From: Verrucomicrobiota bacterium
GTDB lineage: Bacteria > Verrucomicrobiota > Verrucomicrobiia > Opitutales > Seribacteraceae
Assembly (NCBI GenBank): GCA_027622665.1
Contig: JAQBYT010000003.1
Span: forward strand, 96,001 to 160,000
Length of the DNA: 64,000 nt
Direction: 5' to 3'
Below the pieces are notes generated by a model. That model saw only the letters and a list, made by a program, of their open reading frames with translations, made no database searches and had not been told where the DNA came from. The first letter of the stretch is position 1; the number at the start of each line of letters is the position of its first letter. This document shows positions 59,624 through 64,000 of this stretch, piece after piece. The translations under genes were made by a program, and so were the position numbers.

Positions 59624-61394
59624 CCTGAGGGTGCGGAAAGGCGAACCAGCGCTCGCCGTCGCGCTCGACCGGGTTGTTGAAGACATTGTTCACCTGCACC
59701 ACGCAATAATGTGGAAAGGTGCGGTTAGCTCGAGGGATGTCCGCCATAGCGTAACTGGACCAACGTATGTCGCAGGCCCGAGGCCCATACTTGAACTTGC
59801 CATTGGAGGGACGACCGCCCTCGTCCTTCATAGGGGCGTGGTTGATCGAGTTGTGAGGGCCGCTGGCGAATTCGTAGACATTGTCCGTTATCTTGATGGC
59901 GAAACTGTTATGGAGGTCGCCGGTAAGCACGAATACCGCCTTGTCGAGGCCGTCCCAGAATTCAATGAGTTCCTCGCGCTCCTTGAGGAACACGGTCCAG
60001 GCATCGTCCTTCTTGATCGTTGCCTGCTTGTCGTCTCCTCCTCCGCTGCCGACGTGGGGCACCATGAAGTTGACCGAGGAGACCACGAAGATAAAGTCCG
60101 ACTTACTCTTGCGAATGCCGTCCTTGAGCCACTTGAGTTGCTGCTTGCCGATCATGGTGGCCTTGGGGTTGTCCGGGTTGTCGACGTTATGCAGGTTACG
60201 ATGGGTGCGCGTGTCGAGGAGGAAGAAATCGCAATTGGAGACGGTGAACTTGCCGTAGCAGCGCCGCCCGATGGAATAGGATGCTCGACCAGTCGCCTTG
60301 GCCGCGGGCTTCACCTGCAGCTTGTTGGGGCCCAGCACCTTCACTATTTCGTAGACCGCGGAGTTCGGGTTGCCGGGCTGGGCGTCCAGTTGTGAATCGG
60401 GCACCCCCGCGGTGGGCGTGCCCCAGTGCACGTGGAGGTTGGCCATGTCGGCCAGAGGAAGACTGGTGAAGTCGGCATCAGGGTCTTCCAGCACGTCGGA
60501 TCCCTTTTCAAAATGAGCGGATCCAAAATGAGCCGGCGCATCATGCTCCGTGGGATTGGCCCAAGCTAGGTAATCGAACCAAGCTTGTGTGGCGATATCG
60601 CGAAAGACGGCCCGACGGTTGACGTACCCGGTCTCGCCGGCCCCGTAGATGTCGTTGATCAGTTCATGATCGTCGGCGGTGAAATAGGTGGGTACGTGGC
60701 GGTGCCATTCGGCGAGGTTTCGGCCGCGGTGCAACAGGTCCTTGTAGTTTTGCCAGACCCCGACGACGGTGGGGGCGTGGCGGACGATGCGGGGGGCCTC
60801 GACTAGGCCGACTTGGTGGAGCCATTCCTGCGGTGGGTAGTCGCGACGCGTCTCGTATAGCCAGTCGCCGTTGAGGATAGCAAAGTTCACCTGGTCGCGC
60901 ACCTTCGCGTTCAAGGTATCGAAGACAGGCAAAGTGGGGCCCACGCTGTCGCCTCCGCCCTTAGGATTATTGCCGCAGGCGAACTCAAAACGGAAGTTGA
61001 ACAATCCCTTGGGGTTGCCCTTGGGATTCTCGAAATCCTTAGCCCGCGGCATGGTGCGAAAGGATCCGCTCAGCTGGTGATCGGCGATGCGGTAGTGGTA
61101 GCGAGTGTTCGGCACGAGCCCGCCGATGGTGAGGAAGCCAGTGTAGTCATGCTCGGGACCTCGGGTGGTGAAGGTGGTCGTGCGGTCCAGCTTGTTTGCA
61201 TCAGTCCCGCAAAACACCACGACCTCGCCTTGCCGCTCGGTGCGGACCCATATCGTCATTGAATCGGTAGCGGGACGTCCGAGAATGGGACCCTCGGTGA
61301 CGCGAATCGGGGTGGGAGTAGTGTCTTGAGCAAGAAGTACACCAATACTTAAGAAAAACGAAAACATAATACAGGTTTTTAGCTGATTTCTCAT
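59550..61394 (-). CDS. Alkaline phosphatase D family metallophosphoesterase
   Basis: N-terminal FN3-like (SMTIWVRT...GLVPNTRYHY), NGDWLY, DDHE, LLDTR, MIGKQQLKWL, LTGDLH. Confidence 0.85.
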   Translation of the reverse strand: MRNQLKTCIMFSFFLSIGVLLAQDTTPTPIRVTEGPILGRPATDSMTIWVRTERQGEVVVFCGTDANKLDRTTTFTTRGPEHDYTGFLTIGGLVPNTRYHYRIADHQLSGSFRTMPRAKDFENPKGNPKGLFNFRFEFACGNNPKGGGDSVGPTLPVFDTLNAKVRDQVNFAILNGDWLYETRRDYPPQEWLHQVGLVEAPRIVRHAPTVVGVWQNYKDLLHRGRNLAEWHRHVPTYFTADDHELINDIYGAGETGYVNRRAVFRDIATQAWFDYLAWANPTEHDAPAHFGSAHFEKGSDVLEDPDADFTSLPLADMANLHVHWGTPTAGVPDSQLDAQPGNPNSAVYEIVKVLGPNKLQVKPAAKATGRASYSIGRRCYGKFTVSNCDFFLLDTRTHRNLHNVDNPDNPKATMIGKQQLKWLKDGIRKSKSDFIFVVSSVNFMVPHVGSGGGDDKQATIKKDDAWTVFLKEREELIEFWDGLDKAVFVLTGDLHNSFAIKITDNVYEFASGPHNSINHAPMKDEGGRPSNGKFKYGPRACDIRWSSYAMADIPRANRTFPHYCVVQVNNVFNNPVERDGERWFAFPHPQVIFQFHDAITGELRYSETIVLGLN

Positions 61395-61405
61395 TATTTT
61401 ACAGA

Positions 61406-61933
61406 TTAGTAACCAAATATAAATAAACTTTGAACCCTAGTGTAATTCCTTTCTGCGAAGAATGGTTCCATTCTATTCACTACCATTTTAAATGTGTTGT
61501 AATGATTAGACTCTTGGTTGTGAGACAATGCTTGAGGTACTAATAGAAATAAGTGGTTCGCATGCTCGCAAATATGGCACTTCCAGAAGTCTAGAAGGTC
61601 CATGTTATTCATTATTGTTTTCCCTCGTTCGACCTCCAAGAGAATTCCGGTATCGTTAATTCTTTTGAAGTAATCCGGTCTGAGACCTTTTGTTCTGTAG
61701 TGGCTAAAGAGTCCTTTTTTTTCACTTTGGAAACCAAGTCCATGAGCAAAATCTAAAAATACAGACTGCACTTTGTGTGAACTGTTGCCCGGTTGGTTTA
61801 CTGCATTAATTTCCTGCCTTATGTCAGGTCTGTTGAGGTGATTCAGAAGAGCATCTCCAGTTTTATTTACCAACTCATATTCAAGTGTGCCAATGACTTG
61901 GTTTTGAGAGAATTTATGTATAGCGGTTGGCAT
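61406..61933 (-). CDS. Low-GC orphan PD-(D/E)xK-like nuclease-fold protein
   Basis: LRPDYF...GILLEVERGK and DFWK resemble restriction-endonuclease-like catalytic motifs; sharply lower GC than the flanks. Confidence 0.6.
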   Translation of the reverse strand: MPTAIHKFSQNQVIGTLEYELVNKTGDALLNHLNRPDIRQEINAVNQPGNSSHKVQSVFLDFAHGLGFQSEKKGLFSHYRTKGLRPDYFKRINDTGILLEVERGKTIMNNMDLLDFWKCHICEHANHLFLLVPQALSHNQESNHYNTFKMVVNRMEPFFAERNYTRVQSLFIFGY

Positions 61934-61943
61934 TCCAAATGGA

Positions 61944-63401
61944 TTACTTCTTTTTCAGCAAATGCCTGACCTTGTCGTACTCGGGGTTTACGCACTTGGC
62001 TCCCCAGCGCTTGAGGGCGCTCAAGAGACCGATGTCCGACTCTGGCTTTGCTCCCTTGTCGCCGGTTTTCTTGATCCACTGGGACAGGATCTTGCGGTGC
62101 TTGGACAATTCCTTCTTGTACTTGGGATCCTTGGCCAAGTTGTGGATTTCATGGGGATCGTTGGCCAAGTCGTACAGTTCCTCCGGTTCTTTCTTTTCGC
62201 CGAAGAATATGAGTTGCGTCTTGTTCATCTTCCCCTCAGCCATGAGGCGTCGGAACTCTTGGGAAACGGGCCACGAATCCTTGTAACTGGGCTGCATAAA
62301 GGGGCGATCCGTAAGATAGTTGCGGAGGTACTTGTACTTGGGGGTGACCACCGCGCGGATGTGTTCGATGGTGTAGTCGCAGCGGTCGCGGGCAGAGACG
62401 AGATAGGAGCGCGGATTGTGATCCGGCGAGAGGAAGTCCTGTCCTTCCATGTAGTCCGGCACGGGTGCGCCCGAGGCCGCCACGGTGGCGGCGCTGACAT
62501 CTATGTTGCTGACCAGTTCGTCGGTCACTTGCCCACCCTTGATGCCGTGTCCCGCCACGATCAGGGGCATGTGGATGCCGCCCTCGTAGAGGAACTGCTT
62601 GTGGCGGTGCAGCTTGTACCCATGGTCGCTGAAGAGAAAGATCAGGGTGTTTTCGTAATGCCCGTCGCGCTTGAGAGCTGCAATCACTTGGCCGACGTGC
62701 TCGTCCGTCTTGAGCAGGCAGTCGTAGTGGTGGCCGATTTCCTCGCGAACGAGCTCGGTGTCGGGATAGTACGGGGGCACAGGCACCTTGGAACGGTCAA
62801 CGACGTCGGGAGCGCGGCGTCCCAGTTTGCCGCCGCCTAATTGCACTTGGCCGAAGAACGGTTGGTCCTTCGCCTTTCCCTTCCAGCAGTTGCCGGCGAC
62901 CAAGTCGGCGGGGCCCCACCCTCTTTTCTTGGAATGGTGTCGCAGATAATTATAGAGTTTCTTTGAGTCGAAGGTGAAGTTGTAGTCGTCCTTGCCTCCC
63001 TCGTTGAAGGTCCAGTAGCCGGCTGCCCGCATAATTTCCGGTATGGTCTTTATACTGAGTATGTTCTCGTCGAACTTCCCCATGTTCTGGCCACGGAAGC
63101 TCGCGCGGCAACTGCGGTGGTTGTGTGCCCCGATGGAGGTCTGGTACATCCCCGTGACGGTAGCCGATCGCATGGCCGAGCAGACACCGGCGGTGGTGTA
63201 GAAGCGATCGTACTTGATGCCGCTCTTGGCCAAGGCGTCGATATGGGGCGTCTTGATAAAGGTGTCGCCGTAGCAACCGAACCAACCGCTGACGTCCTCC
63301 AGAAAGATCCACAAGACGTTGGGCTTGCCCTTGGCCGAAGCAGTGAAATGAAAGCTCGCCAAAGTCAGAGCAAGGAGCAAACGGCGAAACAAACGATTCA
63401 T
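61944..63401 (-). CDS. Sulfatase (S1, CSAMR motif)
   Basis: KPNVLWIFLED, TPHIDALA, CSAMRSA, SDHG, LYEGGIHMP, EELYDLANDPHE. Confidence 0.92.
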   Translation of the reverse strand: MNRLFRRLLLALTLASFHFTASAKGKPNVLWIFLEDVSGWFGCYGDTFIKTPHIDALAKSGIKYDRFYTTAGVCSAMRSATVTGMYQTSIGAHNHRSCRASFRGQNMGKFDENILSIKTIPEIMRAAGYWTFNEGGKDDYNFTFDSKKLYNYLRHHSKKRGWGPADLVAGNCWKGKAKDQPFFGQVQLGGGKLGRRAPDVVDRSKVPVPPYYPDTELVREEIGHHYDCLLKTDEHVGQVIAALKRDGHYENTLIFLFSDHGYKLHRHKQFLYEGGIHMPLIVAGHGIKGGQVTDELVSNIDVSAATVAASGAPVPDYMEGQDFLSPDHNPRSYLVSARDRCDYTIEHIRAVVTPKYKYLRNYLTDRPFMQPSYKDSWPVSQEFRRLMAEGKMNKTQLIFFGEKKEPEELYDLANDPHEIHNLAKDPKYKKELSKHRKILSQWIKKTGDKGAKPESDIGLLSALKRWGAKCVNPEYDKVRHLLKKK

Positions 63402-63555
63402 TGGGTGATGCGGGTTGAACGGATGAAAGGGAAACCTCGCAGATTCCTTTTTTCGAAACGGCAAGTCAATCCAACCTTTCGCAAAAGGAAGCGCCATCTA
63501 GGAAAAGTTTACTGGACGAATGAGAGGGTCTCAGCATGATAAACGATACTCAGAC

Positions 63556-64000
63556 ATGAAAACATCAAAAATATTGACTCTACTCGCCATAGCCTTGGCA
63601 TCGGCAATCGTAATCTCGGCCGAGGAACGGCCAAACGTTCTCTGGATCACGGCCGAGGACATGAGCCCCACTCTCGGGTGCTACGGTGACAAGGATGCCA
63701 TCACGCCCCACTTGGATGCCTTTGCCAAGCAGAGCGTACGATACACCAAGGCCTACGCCAGCGCCCCGGTCTGCTCGCCCTCCCGTTCCTGCCTCATCAC
63801 GGGATGCTATCCACCATCCCTCAGCACGCAGCAAATGCGCTCCGGATTCCCTATGCCCGAGCGCATGAAAGGCTTTCCCGCCCTCCTGCGAAAGCAAGGC
63901 TACTACACCACAAACAACGTCAAGACGGACTACAACAGCGGCAACTACCAGGACATTATAAAAAGTTCATGGAACGAAAGCAGCGCCACCGCCCATTGGC
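63556..64000 (+). CDS. Sulfatase, 5' part (runs off the window)
   Basis: Hand translation MKTSKILTLLAIALASAIVISAEERPNVLWITAEDMSPTLGCYGD...APVCSPSRSCLITG; open to the window end. Confidence 0.9.
   Translation, partial: MKTSKILTLLAIALASAIVISAEERPNVLWITAEDMSPTLGCYGDKDAITPHLDAFAKQSVRYTKAYASAPVCSPSRSCLITGCYPPSLSTQQMRSGFPMPERMKGFPALLRKQGYYTTNNVKTDYNSGNYQDIIKSSWNESSATAHW

Overview
This is a gene-dense bacterial window. Gene content points to a marine Verrucomicrobiota/Opitutales-like PVC genome (inference from PVC-type CxxCH proteins, DUF1549/1553, DUF1501, DUF1592/1552, many sulfatases and tandem pilB-pilB-pilC). The left part (1-36 kb) is mostly core: hemW, tRNA-Thr/Ser/Tyr, partial pseudaminic-acid-like genes, parA-rnc-mfd-surA-radC, TAXI-lemA-M48, pilC/pilB/pilB, rho, coaE, a J-domain protein and htpG. 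The right part (36-64 kb) is an accessory region rich in sulfatases and multiheme/PVC-type proteins, with two decayed sulfatase pseudogenes and one low-GC PD-(D/E)xK-like gene inserted in an operon. The most striking signal is a lipoprotein just 3' of tRNA-Ser (2796-3749) with a non-catalytic FGE/C-type-lectin domain. Its C-terminal codons look like an adenine-mutagenised DGR variable region, followed by a GGAG-repeat/hairpin element, yet no template repeat or reverse transcriptase is visible in the window, so it is a candidate remote DGR target. No rRNA, CRISPR array, transposase or integrase was seen. All family calls come from motif recognition by eye, with no database search.
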